Of a stretch of 64,000 nucleotides of DNA, positions 48,483 to 62,355 are shown piece after piece. Origin of the DNA: Octopus bimaculoides (Eukaryota); contig NC_068983.1 of assembly GCF_001194135.2 (NCBI RefSeq), positions 57,882,127-57,946,126 on the forward strand. The letters run 5' to 3'. The notes below the pieces were generated by a model. That model worked only from the letters and a program-made list of their open reading frames with translations. It made no database searches and was not told the DNA's origin. Both the position numbers and the translations under genes were made by a program. Each line of letters opens with the position of its first letter. The first letter of the stretch is position 1.

Positions 48483-50094
48483 CACACACACACACACACA
48501 CACGCACATACACACACACACACGCACACACACACACACATATATATAAACAATATATGAGTATATGCATATATATGTACATGTATGTACATTCCTTCAT
48601 CTACATGTACATATAGATACATATCCTGGTGCATGACGTTGCAAAAAAACATGGACAAAATGATAAACAAGGTACAAAAAACAAGCAGGCCACATAGGGA
48701 AATATATATATATACATACGTACATATATACATACATACATTTACATACACACACATATATCAGGTGTGAATATTCAGCGCATATATATATATATATATA
48801 TANNNNNNNNNNNNNNNNNNNNNNNNNNNNNNNNNNNNNNNNNNNNNNNNNNNNNNNNNNNNNNNNNNNNNNNNNNNNNNNNNNNNNNNNNNNNNNNNNN
48901 NNNNNNNNNNNNNNNNNNNNNNNNNNNNNNNNNNNNNNNNTATATATATTAAGTTTATTTAAAACTGTATTACCAAAAGTTTGATTCGGAGAAAAATTTA
49001 TATCAGTCGCCTACTTACAAAATTTTAGTACATGAACCATCATCTGATGTAATTCGCCATACAATATTACCAATTGAGCAAGCAACTTCTAGATTGTGAT
49101 AAGCAGACACTTCCTCCTAACATACAAGTACTACGACATCGACATTAAATTTTGTGAAGACCTGTTACGACTATTTAAGTAATACAGTATCTGAAACAAT
49201 CTACTGCAACCAAAACCTTAGAAATCATTGTCTACTTTTACCCATGACTGCAACAGTAAAAATACGTTAACCTGCTGACTGAAAAGAAATGCGTATTGAG
49301 GGCATATCTCTATAAAGTCACAACAACGAAAATAAGTGATGCTGGAATGTCCTATATGTTTGATAAAAACAGCTGCAATGTCTGGAACACATAATAATGA
49401 CTTCTTTAGACCTACAGGTAAAATCAACTCAACTTTACAATGGTAATATATCTGAAAACTCAAAATTAACTGCATCGATAATATTTTTTAAAAATAGAGT
49501 AATACATAGCTGCAGCCTGTACAACATGGAAAATATTCCTACTATAAAATATATTTTGGCCAAATATTAGACAATTCCCTCGGAGGGAAAATTCTCCTCA
49601 CAGAATTTGGAATACAAACTGGACAAATTGTATAACTTCTCGAGAAATTTTCCCTTCAATATTTCAATAAATTTTATAGCCTATAAAATAGGACGGATCA
49701 CAGTAAGCCTATAGATTTCTTCCTCGAAAAACAAAGATTTCCTCTGCAGTTTTCTAATCCAATACACGCTCAGATATACAAATATCAAACAATATGATTC
49801 TGCATTTATGAGATGAGGAATTTATGTTATGCATTAGTCTGAGAGATGTCTTCATCTTGATTGTTGCTTTCTCTACGGTGCTCTCCAACCTTTTTCAGGT
49901 GTCTTGTGATTCACCTTGGTGCCTTTCCTAGGATTGAACTCAGAACATCTAACTGACTGCATTGCATTAAGCAGTGCCTTCATCCACTACACTGTGTCTA
50001 TAGACAATGTCAGAATGATTTTCTTAAAGGATTATAAACTTCTGTCGATGTTTATAAGGTTTAAAAATTTCACTCTGACTGCCAACAGGCATAG

Positions 50095-50290
50095 TGCAAT
50101 AGATAAAGGCGTTGGTTAATGCAGTGTACTAATCTAGAAGTTCTGGGTTCAGTCCCAGGCAAGACACTGAATTGAATCGCAGGACACCTGAGGAAGGCTG
50201 GGGCGTACACAACCGAAACGTAGTGAAAGTAACAGTCAAGATAAAGCCACCACTTCGACGATTAAATAACAAACTATGTCACTTATTCTG
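50095..50290 (+). mobile_element. E-related element: decayed tRNA-like head + hammerhead-like motif (50183-50227)
   Basis: gggttcagtcccaggc followed by GACAC-CUGAGGA-A-GGCUG...CAACC-GAAACGUA-GUG. Confidence 0.55.
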
Positions 50291-50770
50291 TGATACGCCA
50301 GTGAGATCCAGGGGCAGTGGCTTAAGCCTGGACACATCAACTGACCATGCTGTCAGTAGCTATTAGTCAATAACTTGCTACAAAACAATAACATGCTCAA
50401 GTTAACTGGACTTGCCATAAATAGTTATATAATTATTCAAACACATAGACACGAAGAAGAGTTATCACAACGACTGCCACTGCTCTATTCACCCCTCTTC
50501 CCTTTTCTACTTTCATTATTCAGATTTCCTCTCCACCGAATTCTTTGTAAGCCTAGTACTTATTCTATCGGTCTCTTCTGCCAAACCGTTAAGTTACGCG
50601 GACGTAAACACACCAGCTTCTCTTTTTTGTGGGGTTTTTTTCAATATTTTCCACCATGTTGTTTGAAATATGTGCCTTCTTCATTACGCAAGCACGCACT
50701 CTCTCCTTCCGTTCACTGAGCAGTTGGACATCACAAATATTCTATAAGCATCTACGTATCATGACTTCTG

Positions 50771-50878
<108 letters not shown>

Positions 50879-52009
50879 GTAACGTTTATTAACCATAAAA
50901 TTTTCTACTAATTCACTATTTAATACTGGTCTAAAAACTAAGTCTTTCCTAATGTAGTCTTTGAAATAAAAACTGTTTTGCCGGGAATTTTAACAACGAG
51001 ACACAAGTCGTCAGTGAGTCACTTTTTACATTTGCCTCAATTCGATTAAGAGCAGAAAAGTCCAGTTGCTGTGGTCCCTAGTCTTTTTTTACAGACATCC
51101 AGAAGTAGCAACATGGAAGACAATTAACTCATTAACTCTCTTTCAAATGTCATAAGATCGTTAAGCATCTTAATCTGAACGAAGAGTCATTTGCTGATGT
51201 CTATTTCTACAATTTCAAATCACATATATTAACTGGTTGTCTCCTAATTCTTTACCATGATCCGGTAGCCCGTGTGACACAAAAATTAAACATTAATTTT
51301 AAAATAATCACATTCTATACTATTTTCTACATCATCGAACTATTTTCATTCGGTTGGTTTTATCCTTTCCCTCAAGGCAGATTCTAAGAGCACTTTTTTT
51401 TACAACGAGAGTTAACCAACCGATATTGTAATACAAGCAAATATTATAAACGTAGTCTACAACTCATAATACAGTCAGCTTCGTAAAGTCAAAATTATGT
51501 ATTTACGTTCACAAACACAACTGTGTAAAACTTGTCTTAATTGATGATATAGATTATGATCTGAAATATTCTATGCTTAAAATGTTGTCCTCTTTGAAGC
51601 CCGTATTTTCAAACTACATACTGTGTATTAATTATTGTATTAGTTCACTTATAAGATTAGAAGATGCCTTTTTTTTCTTGTAATTAGGAAATATAAGAGA
51701 CGTGAATATTATGCATCACTATGGTTATCCCAACGAACACATCTAAGTCATATCCGAGCAGCAATGCAGTAAAAGCCAGGCACATAAAATATGAAGTGAT
51801 AGCAAAATAAGAGATGAACAAAAATACAAATGAACGATGTTATTACTGGAGAAGGATATGGCTTTCAAAACTTAAGTGAGAGACTGAGACATATGTAGTT
51901 AATCAAGCAGAAGACAAAACGACCTTGTTTAAATCTGTGTGTGAGACTATCCATTGGAAACCGTCTGTAGACCTGGGACCTAAATCTGTCAAGGACTCAT
52001 AAGACCGGA

Positions 52010-52265
52010 ACCTAACCCAGTTTTCATGGTGTATGACTGACCGAGATCACAACATACCCCCACACCAGAATGGGACACTGGTCCATCTCATAGTTAAATA
52101 CCCAGCTATTGGTGGAACTCATTCGCAACTGAATGGACTGAGCACATGAAATGAAATATTTTACTCAAAAATGCAACAAAACACGGTCCATTCCGGGAAT
52201 GGAAACCACGATATTACGATTGTGAGCAGAACGCCCTAACCACCAGGTCACTTGCCTTCACTACG
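52010..52265 (-). mobile_element. SINE family D, old decayed copy
   Basis: cccagttttcatggtgtatg...gggacactggtccatc...gggaatggaaaccacgat...ccctaaccac. Confidence 0.6.
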
Positions 52266-52339
52266 ATCTGTAGTGCCTGACCACCCTAACTTAAAACAGA
52301 CTACTCTAACTTAAAACCAAACTATAAAAAAACATCAAT

Positions 52340-52717
52340 TTTCTTGCCAACCACATGGTTCCTGATTCGGTCCCACTGCATGGCACCTTGGGCAAGTGTC
52401 TTCTACTAAAGCCTCGGGCCGACCAAAGCCTTGTGAGTGGATTTGGTAGATGGAGATTGAAAGAGACCTGTCGTATGTATGTATATATATATATGTGTGT
52501 GTGTGTTTGTGTGTCTGTATTTGTCCCGCCAATAAACCGCTTGACAACCGATGCTGGTGTGTTTACGTCCCCGTAACTTAGCGCTTCGGCAAAATACGCC
52601 GATAGAATAAGTACTAGACTTACAAAGAATAAGTCCTGGGGTTGATTTGCTCGACTAAAGGCGGTGCTCCAGCATGGCCGCACTCAAATGACTGAAACAA
52701 ATAAAGGAGTAAAAGAG
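52340..52717 (+). mobile_element. SINE family A, near-complete
   Basis: Match over the full length. Confidence 0.9.
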
Positions 52718-53828
52718 TAATATGATATTGGGAAGTTTATACAAACTACGGAAAACAGTAAATGTGTGTGAGCAGGACGGTCTAAAACATTTATAAGATG
52801 GTGAACTGTAAATTTTCCATTTGATAGTTTTAAATACAGGATTCACATAAGTGAGATTTTTGATCTGAGAGATTGAGAGATGTGGAGTGTCAAGAAACAA
52901 GCCATAGATTACCATGTCGACTTCTTGGAAAAGGTAGAATTAATGTACAAAGAATGGATCATCTCTCAAAGAGTAACGGAGAAAATAATGTGACAGATAT
53001 CTGAGAACGGTAATTGTAACCAGGGTAAGTTGAATAATGTATCAGGAAAAGAGCTTGAATAAGGAATTCTTTGAAACAGATGCATGAAAATGTTCTTCGT
53101 GAATAAATTTGTAGTAGAGAGGGCTAACAGGACTCATATTTTACCATTTCTAATTGGCATTATTTTATATTTGTGTGAAAGGTGGTTAACGTTCTGTCGT
53201 ATTCCTCATCGGATTAGCAATGTTCTCAATGGTAACCTTTTGCATTGGTTAAACGTTTGTCTCATTGCGAATCTTTATTTGAAATCTATGTCAGGAAACT
53301 CAAAGAAATCCATGATCATTTTGTCAGCTGAATCGCAGAATGAATTGCATTTCCCTTTAATCCAAATCCTATTTTGAAACACGTACTCTCTCAGAAGAAT
53401 CAAACACATACCACCATCCAATAATAAATGATACAACACCTGACAGGTAACCATGTCAAACAGACATCATTTATAATATGTTACCTTCACCTTCAAAATA
53501 TAGATTAGAAGCTTAAGATTTCAGAAGAGATTTCTAGGTTTTGAAGTTTGTTGGGAAATCACAGATTTCATGGTTTCAGACCGTTGAAGGAAAACAATGA
53601 ATAAAAATAAGATTCTCTTGACAGTTTTGAGCGGTGAAGGTATGACAATGACACCTTTATGGTAGCCATGTTTGTTTGAAATTATAAAGGATATTAACAA
53701 AAATATTTTCCTATTCCTCAGATTTATTCTTACATTGTATGAAGGACTTTTCCAGATAATCCATGCTGCACCCAAGAAACATGTTTTCTTCTCTGCATCC
53801 TTTCCCAGATTAAGATCAAGTTTCCTAA

Positions 53829-53958
53829 TATTGCATCACAACCATATGTACTCGACGTGGTAATCTCATATCAAGATAAACAGCACGTGACCTTGCAGGT
53901 GGGGCCCAGTTAGAATTTTCTTCAGTTTCAGCATGCCATCCCTTTCAAAAGGTCCCTA
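53829..53958. mobile_element. Family H partial copy
   Basis: tgcatcacaaccatatg...atctcatatcaagataaacag...cccagttagaattttcttcag as at 9150-9250. Confidence 0.75.
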
Positions 53959-53967
53959 TTATTATTA

Positions 53968-54040
<73 letters not shown>

Positions 54041-54149
54041 TCCCACCATTATTATTTACTTTTAATCTGCGTGTTTGTTATGATCACTCACCAAGATACA
54101 CTCACTATCCTAGGGCTAGTGAAGGATAAGAGGTGCTACCGTATGACTG

Positions 54150-54852
54150 AAAGCTTGGTGAGGGCAAGTGGCAGGGGCAGTAGTGAGATGTCTTCATGTA
54201 ATACGACACATACATTTAAATTGATGGGGTTTTTTCTACAGATGTGAGCTGTACATGTCAGGACACTCTTTTGGATTTCTTTGAGACATGGTTCTCCTGG
54301 GATATTATCTAGATATTGCTGACATCCCTTTCTTATCATACCAAGGGCATTTACAATAACAGGAACAGTTCTTGATTTGACTCAGGTTTGGTCTTATTCC
54401 TGGTAGGAGTTATGTGGATAGCGGGTTACTACCTGTAACCTTAGGTATCCACAAGTTTTCAGCTGTCTTTCAAGTGCTTAGAACCCTCCTGATAAACCTT
54501 GCTGTCCCAAGAAACAAACTTTCTGTGGGAGCTCTACCGGGCATTCTATTTCTATCTCCTTCAGCCATTTGTCTATATCTTTGCTTACTCTTCCCAATGC
54601 ACCAATAGTTATAAGCACAACCTTTACTGTTCGCATGCTCTAAATTCTTCCTATTTTAAATTTTATGGGATTGTATTTTTCTTTGCTTTTCTTCCTCTTT
54701 CTTTACAACCCTGGAATCAAACAGACATGATAGGTCGATAAGTAAGCAACTTTGATTTTCCTTGTCTATGTTCGTTATGTCTGGTCTGTTATTTTCTAGT
54801 TTCTTGTCCGTTTGAACAAGAAAGTCCCACAAAATCTTATGTCTCTCCAACT
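54150..54852 (-). pseudogene. Two adjacent 3' fragments of R4/Dong-like RLE LINEs
   Basis: KILWDFLVQTDKKLENNRPDITNIDKENQSCLLIDLSC (54395-54852); TVPVIVNALGMIRKG...LKEIQKSVLTCTAHI (54150-54395). Confidence 0.8.
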
Positions 54853-55304
54853 CCAGGCGGTCGAAATGCTTAGTAGTATTTTGTCCGTCCTTACATTCTG
54901 AGTTCAAATTCCGCTGAGGTCGTCTTTGTCTTCATCCTTTCGGGGTCGATAAATTAAGTACCAGTTACGTACTGGGTCGATTTAATCTACTAACCCCACT
55001 CCCCAAGAATTTCGGGTCTTGTGCCTAGGGTAGAAAAGAAAATTTCACAAGGTGAAGGTGACGAGCTGGCAAAAACGTTAGCACGCCGGGCGAAATGCTT
55101 AGCGATATTTTGTCTGCCGCTACGTTCTGAGTTCAAATTCCGTCGAGGTCGACTTTACCTTTCAGCCTATCGGGGTCGATAAATTAAGTACCAGTTACGC
55201 ACTGGGGTCGATGTAATCGACTTAACCCCTTTGTCTGTCCTTGTTTGTCCCTTCTATCTTTCGCTCCTTGTGGGCAATAAAGAAATAAGAAACGTTAGCA
55301 CACG
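54846..55304 (+). mobile_element. Two tandem SINE B copies
   Basis: Match to the B body twice; the second copy is young. Confidence 0.88.
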
Positions 55305-55914
55305 NNNNNNNNNNNNNNNNNNNNNNNNNNNNNNNNNNNNNNNNNNNNNNNNNNNNNNNNNNNNNNNNNNNNNNNNNNNNNNNNNNNNNNNNNNNNNNNN
55401 NNNNNNNNNNNNNNNNNNNNNNNNNNNNNNNNNNNNNNNNNNNNNNNNNNNNNNNNNNNNNNNNNNNNNNNNNNNNNNNNNNNNNNNNNNNNNNNNNNNN
55501 NNNNNNNNNNNNNNNNNNNNNNNNNNNNNNNNNNNNNNNNNNNNNNNNNNNNNNNNNNNNNNNNNNNNNNNNNNNNNNNNNNNNNNNNNNNNNNNNNNNN
55601 NNNNNNNNNNNNNNNNNNNNNNNNNNNNNNNNNNNNNNNNNNNNNNNNNNNNNNNNNNNNNNNNNNNNNNNNNNNNNNNNNNNNNNNNNNNNNNNNNNNN
55701 NNNNNNNNNNNNNNNNNNNNNNNNNNNNNNNNNNNNNNNNNNNNNNNNNNNNNNNNNNNNNNNNNNNNNNNNTTATTGTAATCAATAAAATAATATTCGA
55801 TGTAAATTGGATTAATAGATTTATTTATTTATTTACAAGAAAGCTATGTCTTTAGGATTGGGTTGCACTCAACGTCAGACATGTTTCCAGTTTGCCAAGG
55901 CTTTATATTAAATG

Positions 55915-56277
55915 TGTGCCGCCTGCACGGGAGCCAGTCCAGTGGTACTGGCAACGACCTCACTCTCACGTTAGAAAATCATTTGAGCGAGGTCGTTGCC
56001 AGTGCCGCTGGACTAGCTCCCGTGCAGATGGCACGTAAAAAACACCTTTTTGGGCGTGGCCGTTGCCAGTACTGTGTGACTGGTACTCGTGCCAGTGGCA
56101 CGTAAAAGCACCCACTACACTCTCGGAGTGGTTGGCATTAGGAAGAGAATCCAGCTGTAGAAACTCTACCAGATCAGATTGGAGCTTGGTGCAGCCATTT
56201 GGTTCGCTAGTCCTCAGTCAAATCGTCCAACCCATGCTAGCATGGAAAGCGAACGTTAAGCGATGATGATGATGATG
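55915..56277 (+). mobile_element. SINE-like family C
   Basis: ggcacgtaaaagcacc...ccagctgtagaaactctaccagatcagattggagc...catgctagcatggaaagcgaacgttaagcgatgatgat. Confidence 0.88.
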
Positions 56278-57611
56278 TGTACAACCGGTACATTGGCCAA
56301 GTCATAAGAGCACAGTATATGTTCCAGCTCTGAAGATTCTGAGTTCAAGTATCATTAGTATCGACTTTGTCTTCAATATGATTTTAGTCAATAAAAGAAA
56401 TAGTCCAATATCACATTCGACTCTTCTGTCTCTTTGACTCACTCTGGTTTCTACTCATAATTTTGAGGCCATAGACTTGTCCTGATAATTGCATTAAGTG
56501 TTCACATGTCTGTGTAGAATCCAGCCACTTCTACTTCATGGTAGGAATTCACTCAGTCAAACAATTGAAAGCTTAACATTGAGACCAATCGAGAATCTAT
56601 AAGTTTTGCATATGACTAAGTAATGACACATGACCATATTTTGCACCGTTTGATTTCAATCTCAGTTCGGTAATATTTGTCTTTGCTTTTTCTAATACCA
56701 CTCAGCATTTTCACTCTTCTTTTCAATTACCAATTCTTATATCTACATAAGTCAAACAAATACATTCTGTTTAGTATATACAGAAATGTTAATAAACCTA
56801 TTTCTGTTTATCTCCGAACATCTACACAATTTTTGGTCTTAAGATTAGAAAGATACAGGCCGGCTATCATACTGTTTCAACATAATTAGTGTTATATTTA
56901 TAGCAAACTATTGTAACTGGAAAGAAGGTGATACGAAGCCTGTAGTTTGGTTGAGAAAATAAAATCATAACATATTCAAACTAGATAATCTGGCTGAAAG
57001 CTTTTAAGAATAAACTTTGCCGAAGAGAGAGCGAGAGAGAAAAAAAAAAGGAAAAAAATATATATATATATAAATGCAGAAAGGGTATTAATATCTTATG
57101 CATTTATTCATTCTGATGCACATAGAAATATATGTGAGCAACAGAATGATGTGTTCAGTTTGCCAAGCTGTAAAATGTCCATCACTAAACATTACAACCA
57201 TATGGATATATATTTTTAATGCCAAAATATGATAAGTGCATATATATATATATGTGTGGCACTATATTACATGTGCAAAAGAAAACATGTTACGAAACAA
57301 ACTAGAAAAGAATGTGAAATGCTGAATTCTAATGGAAATTTATCACGTCTTGTTGTGATGAAGGGAAAAAAATTACATACATGCTTATACACAATTATAC
57401 ACATATGTGAGTATAGGTATGCACACATATACTCATTCACACACACATGCACACATGTATATCTACTGTAAATGGATATACATGAATCTCACAAACTATG
57501 TCGTCTTTCGTCTAACGGAAGAGTTTATTCACTGAGAGTGCTCAACAAACTGGAAATGAGGTGGGTCTATGATCAATGTCTATATTTATGTGAGTTATAT
57601 AAGCAGAGGGA

Positions 57612-57763
57612 ATCATCATCATCATCATCATCGTTTAACGTCCGCTTTCTATCCTAGCATGGGTTGGACGATTTGACTGAGCGCTGGCAAACCAGATGGC
57701 TGCACCAGGCTCCAATCTGATGCAGCCATCCGGTTCGCCAGACCTCAGTCAAATCGTACAACC
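57612..57763. mobile_element. SINE C fragment joined to an inverted SINE C fragment (fold-back)
   Basis: Arms 57664-57704 and 57721-57761 are reverse complements with 5 differences. Confidence 0.8.
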
Positions 57764-58311
57764 AATGAATCTCAAATTACAAAAAGTACTAACAGAAAAG
57801 AAAATATGTATATATTTACACACACACACACATACACACATTTGGCTGCTATGTCTAGCAGATTGAGCAAATAATTTGAACCATCCTTGTTGGTGTATGA
57901 AAATGGAATATAGGTGCAAAGCATAAATGAATATCTGTCGGAACGTTTTGAAACATCAAGATGTTTCTGAAATTTCTTGCTTCTGTTTAGTGTTGAAGAA
58001 AACAAGTTCCCATTACTTAGACACCTTACCAATTCATGGAAACAGCTTTATATTACCTAAACTATACTCGCTAACAAGTAATGGCTGGTTGCACTTTTAA
58101 GCAACTTCAGTCTCTGGTTTGTTAAGAAATAGTACAAGGAATGTAAGAAAAACATATAACATATTACAGATGTGTTTGTTTTAAACAGTGTTTACAAGTT
58201 TAAATCTGAGAATTAAAACTGCATTTGCATCTCTTTAAACAGAAAGATCTTTAGACTAATATTTCTTTAGAAATATGCTAAGTTGATTTACAATGGAACT
58301 ATATTGATCGT

Positions 58312-58472
58312 AAAGTACTAAGCTAATTGAAATCCGAACGAAATTAATTAAAATCCATACTAAATTAATTCAAAAGTGCATTTTTAATGATGGCTCTTTC
58401 CGTGCACTTTTAAATTAAATTAGTATGGATTTCAAATAATTCAATTTGGATTTTAATTAACTTAGTACCTTT
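58312..58472. mobile_element. AT-rich fold-back element, ~69-bp arms
   Basis: aaagtactaagctaattgaaatcc...aaaagtgca / tgcactttt...ggattttaattaacttagtaccttt. Confidence 0.7.
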
Positions 58473-58778
58473 CAATTATTCTAATTTCATTTTCAATCAG
58501 CTTAGCATGTTCCTAAAGAAATATTAATCCAAATACTTTACATGTTAACACATGTAAGTATAGTTTGACTACACAAACTTAAACTAGCAAAACTATTTAA
58601 AGCAATATTAACATCACCAGCGCCTTGCGTATCTTCATTTGTTTCCATGTTTTGCTTTCTAATTAATCAGTGATCAAAGTTTTTTGTTTTGTCTTTAACT
58701 TTTTTCAGTCATTAGCCTGTGGCCATGCTGGGGCACTGCTTCGGAGAATTTTTAGTCAAATGAATTGACCCCAGTACT

Positions 58779-58826
<48 letters not shown>

Positions 58827-59399
58827 NNNNNNNNNNNNNNNNNNNNNNNNNNNNNNNNNNNNNNNNNNNNNNNNNNNNNNNNNNNNNNNNNNNNNNNNNN
58901 NNNNNNNNNNNNNNNNNNNNNNNNNNNNNNNNNNNNNNNNNNNNNNNNNNNNNNNNNNNNNNNNNNNNNNNNNNNNNNNNNNNNNNNNNNNNNNNNNNNN
59001 NNNNNNNNNNNNNNNNNNNNNNNNNNNNNNNNNNNNNNNNNNNNNNNNNNNNNNNNNNNNNNNNNNNNNNNNNNNNNNNNNNNNNNNNNNNNNNNNNNNN
59101 NNNNNNNNNNNNNNNNNNNNNNNNNNNNNNNNNNNNNNNNNNNNNNNNNNNNNNNNNNNNNNNNNNNNNNNNNNNNNNNNNNNNNNNNNNNNNNNNNNNN
59201 NNNNNNNNNNNNNNNNNNNNNNNNNNNNNNNNNNNNNNNNNNNNNNNNNNNNNNNNNNNNNNNNNNNNNNNNNNNNNNNNNNNNNNNNNNNNNNNNNNNN
59301 NNNNNNNNNNNNNNNNNNNNNNNNNNNNNNNNNNNNNNNNNNNNNNNNNNNNNNNNNNNNNNNNNNNNNNNNTATATATATATATATATATATTTTTAA

Positions 59400-59895
59400 C
59401 GCATGGTACTTCTATTGGCCTATTTTTTTCTGAACCACTAAGGGGATGTAAACAAAACAACAGTTTATCAAGCACTAGTGGGGGACAAAGACAGACACAC
59501 ACACACACATACATGATAGGCTTCTTTCAGTTTCCATCTACCAAATCAGCTCACATAGCTTTGGCTGACCTGAGATTATAGTAGAAGACACTTGCCCAAA
59601 GTTCCACACAGTGGGACTGAACCCCAAATCAAATGATTTGGAAGCAAACTTCTTACCACATGGCCTCACCTAAATAATCCTTTCTACTGTAGGCACAACA
59701 CCTGAAATTTGTGGGGAAGGGACTAGTCAATTACATCAACCCCAGTATTTCACTGGTACTTAATTTATCAACCTCAAAAGGATGAAACGCAAAGTTGACC
59801 TTGACAGAATTGGAACTCAGAACCTAGTGGCAGATGAAATACCGCTAAGCATTTCACTCGGCATGATAACAATTCTGCCAGCTCGTCACCTTAAC
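59400..59895 (-). mobile_element. SINE A (59400-59665) followed by SINE B (59680-59895)
   Basis: Reverse-complement matches to both families. Confidence 0.8.
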
Positions 59896-60199
59896 TCACC
59901 TAAATAAAGACTTCTTTTAATTAATAGGAAATTCATAAATAAGACTGTTCTTTCAGTCAAATGAGGACAAACTACCTCCACTGATTGAATAAAGAGTTCA
60001 GTTTAAAATTCTAAGAATGTTACCAAATATGATAGGCATCTAAAGAAGGTCACAAGGTACAACAGACTAAATGTTGAGATTCTTATTGCCAACAGCTTTG
60101 TGAATCTAGAAGATTTAATTCCTTTTGAATCTTGTGACAAAACTACACACACCTGCTCATTTCAATGTACATTTAGAAATGTTTGCTTACTGTTATGTG

Positions 60200-60890
60200 T
60201 AACACATTCATCATCATCACCATTTAATATCCATTTTCCATGCTGGTATATGTTGGATGCTTTGACTAGAGCTGGTTAGCAGGAGAGCTATTCTAGGTTC
60301 TAATCACCTGCTTAGGTATGGTTTCTACAGCAGGCCACAGCAGGATGTCCTTCCTAATGCCAACCACTTTGCAGTGTACTAGGTGTCCTGTTCAAGTCAC
60401 TGGGATGGGTGCATTTTATCTATCACAGGCATGGGTATATTCTAGGTGTTACCGGCACAAGTGCCTTTTGTGTCACAAGCACAGTAGCCAGGTTACATGT
60501 TACCAGCATGGGTGCTTTTTACATGTTAGTAGGTGGAAGAATATCATGGAATGAAAACTTCTTATGATAGCATAAAATTGTAACATTATTACTAATTTCA
60601 TAGCAATGATGAAGACAAGTGAAACCAGTGGACTATATAGATATTCTATTTCATAAAAATACTTATATATATATATATGTTGTTCAGCATAAAATTTCTG
60701 TGCATTTTCCTTTTTTTCATAGCACCCATTACACTCTATGAATGGTTGATGTTAGGAGGGGCATCCAGTTGTAGAAACCAAACCAAATCAGATTGGAACC
60801 TTGTGCAGCTCTCTGGCTTACCAGTTCCAGTCAAACCATTTAAACCATGCTAGCATCGAAAGCAGATGTTAAATGACAATGATGATGATA
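60200..60890. mobile_element. Two decayed SINE C copies in opposite orientation (minus ~60200-60520, plus ~60730-60890)
   Basis: tttctacagc...ggatgtccttcctaatgccaacc versus ttaggaggggcatccagttgtagaaacc. Confidence 0.65.
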
Positions 60891-60987
60891 TATATATATA
60901 TATACAAAAACTCACCTGTGAGCTTTTTGCTAAGACTGTTAACAGATACTATATATTTTGTAAAATTTTGTTTTATAAAAGTATATA

Positions 60988-61018
<31 letters not shown>

Positions 61019-61528
61019 NNNNNNNNNNNNNNNNNNNNNNNNNNNNNNNNNNNNNNNNNNNNNNNNNNNNNNNNNNNNNNNNNNNNNNNNNNNNNNNNNN
61101 NNNNNNNNNNNNNNNNNNNNNNNNNNNNNNNNNNNNNNNNNNNNNNNNNNNNNNNNNNNNNNNNNNNNNNNNNNNNNNNNNNNNNNNNNNNNNNNNNNNN
61201 NNNNNNNNNNNNNNNNNNNNNNNNNNNNNNNNNNNNNNNNNNNNNNNNNNNNNNNNNNNNNNNNNNNNNNNNNNNNNNNNNNNNNNNNNNNNNNNNNNNN
61301 NNNNNNNNNNNNNNNNNNNNNNNNNNNNNNNNNNNNNNNNNNNNNNNNNNNNNNNNNNNNNNNNNNNNNNNNNNNNNNNNNNNNNNNNNNNNNNNNNNNN
61401 NNNNNNNNNNNNNNNNNNNNNNNNNNNNNNNNNNNNNNNNNNNNNNNNNNNNNNNNNNNNNNNNNNNNNNNNNNNNNNNNNNNNNNNNNNNNNNNNNNNN
61501 NNNNNNNNNNNNNNNNNNNNNNNNNNNN

Positions 61529-61559
<31 letters not shown>

Positions 61560-61560
<1 letters not shown>

Positions 61561-61945
61561 AGTATATTTTTTGTGTCTGTGTTTGTTCCCCCACCATTGC
61601 TTCACAACTGATGTTGGTGTTTAGGTCCCGGAAACTTACTGGTTCAGCAAAAAAGACTGATAGAATAAGGACTGAACTAACGAAGAATAAGTCCTGGGGT
61701 CAATTCCTTTGACTAAAGGCAATACTCCAGCATGACCACAGTCAAACAATTGTAACAAGTAAGAGTATATATACATATACAATAGGCTTCCACACAATTT
61801 CCACCTACCAAATTCTCTCAAAAGGCATCAGCAAACTTGGGGTTTTAGATGAAGACTCTCACCCAAGCTGCTATAGAGTGAGACTGAACCTGAACTCAGA
61901 ACCAAATGGTTGTAAACTAAGCTTCTTAACCACACAGCCATGTCT
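61560..61945. mobile_element. SINE A 3' part (plus) and SINE A 5' part (minus)
   Basis: Matches to the two halves of A. Confidence 0.7.
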
Positions 61946-62283
61946 GTGCCTACATAATCATCTCCTTGTCTTTCTGTTTGTAAGATATTAAATTTCGATA
62001 TAAAGGAGATTTTGCTGTTATTTCTAGCAGGAGGCATGGCTATGTCTTTATCATTTTTAAATATTAAATATCTAAGTTAATCGTAAGTGAGACTAAAGAA
62101 TTATACATCTCATGATTTCTGCATTGTATTATCTTTTGTCTGTTCTGAGACTGATAAATTATAGTTAATTTAGTTTTATTGCATCACATAGAATTTCATT
62201 GCACAATTTGGTATTGGAACGAGCCAATTCAATTGCTACAAAGTACTGTCTCCAATCATATTCAGAGATACACATATACACGC

Positions 62284-62355
<72 letters not shown>

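Noticed and set aside
49218-49475. 85-aa minus-strand ORF and a + strand LECPICL motif
   Set aside because: No RING continuation and poor splice signals.
52860-53830. ORF-like unique sequence (HSAIQLT...SLSFLT*ISNKD; GAAWIIWKS)
   Set aside because: Isolated similarity to retroelement motifs with inconsistent spacing; unassignable by eye.
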